From contig CAVPFA010000008.1 in the NCBI GenBank assembly GCA_963703655.1, positions 4,060 to 68,059 on the forward strand: a DNA stretch of 64,000 nucleotides, read 5' to 3'. A program made the translations under genes and the position numbers. The notes under the pieces were generated by a model. The model saw only the letters and a program-made list of their open reading frames with translations. It did not search any database and was not told where the DNA came from. Each line of letters begins with the position of its first letter. Position 1 is the first letter of the stretch. Of this stretch, positions 63,998 through 64,000 are shown piece after piece. The DNA is from an uncultured Acidimicrobiaceae bacterium. Its GTDB lineage: Bacteria > Actinomycetota > Acidimicrobiia > Acidimicrobiales > Bog-793.

Positions 63998-64000
63998 TCA

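Overview
High-GC Actinomycetota-type chromosomal segment; the GC level is judged by eye. Lineage markers seen are WhiB, an LCP ligase, PpgK, DinB/DUF664, MoxR-DUF58-transglutaminase, XseAB, TrpD and GlpD. The window falls into four parts. (i) 1-16.5 kb is an accessory, mobile-DNA-rich block ending at tRNA-Val(GAC). It holds a 5'-truncated, frame-broken MobF (TraA/TrwC) relaxase, a frame-broken IS256-family IS, and a group II intron with an intact RT/maturase. It also holds a lower-GC two-gene cassette, secreted/lipoprotein cargo, a Clp_N-fusion protein and hicAB. (ii) 16.5-47.6 kb is mostly core metabolism and envelope genes, plus a zinc-ribbon/adenylyl-cyclase/STAND giant protein. (iii) 47.7-57.8 kb is an ECF-sigma/ABC module followed by a ~5.3-kb integrated element carrying a GntR-ABC exporter, a DUF433/DUF5615 TA-like pair and a tyrosine integrase. 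The element is bounded by a 38/40-nt direct repeat whose right copy is the 3' end of the RNase P RNA gene rnpB. This apparent rnpB-targeting island is the most unusual thing I can support here. (iv) 58-64 kb is core genes: a phosphatase, a DUF164 Zn-ribbon protein, an IMPase, PpgK with a repeat-rich N-terminal extension, and PepA. I saw no rRNA and no CRISPR array. At least four genes show single-position frame breaks (relaxase, IS256 transposase, a GNAT, the integrase), and PepA has an in-frame stop at the window edge. Indel sequencing error versus genuine decay therefore has to be resolved. All family calls come from motif recognition by eye, not database searches. Start codons I moved away from the ORF track are explained in the evidence fields.
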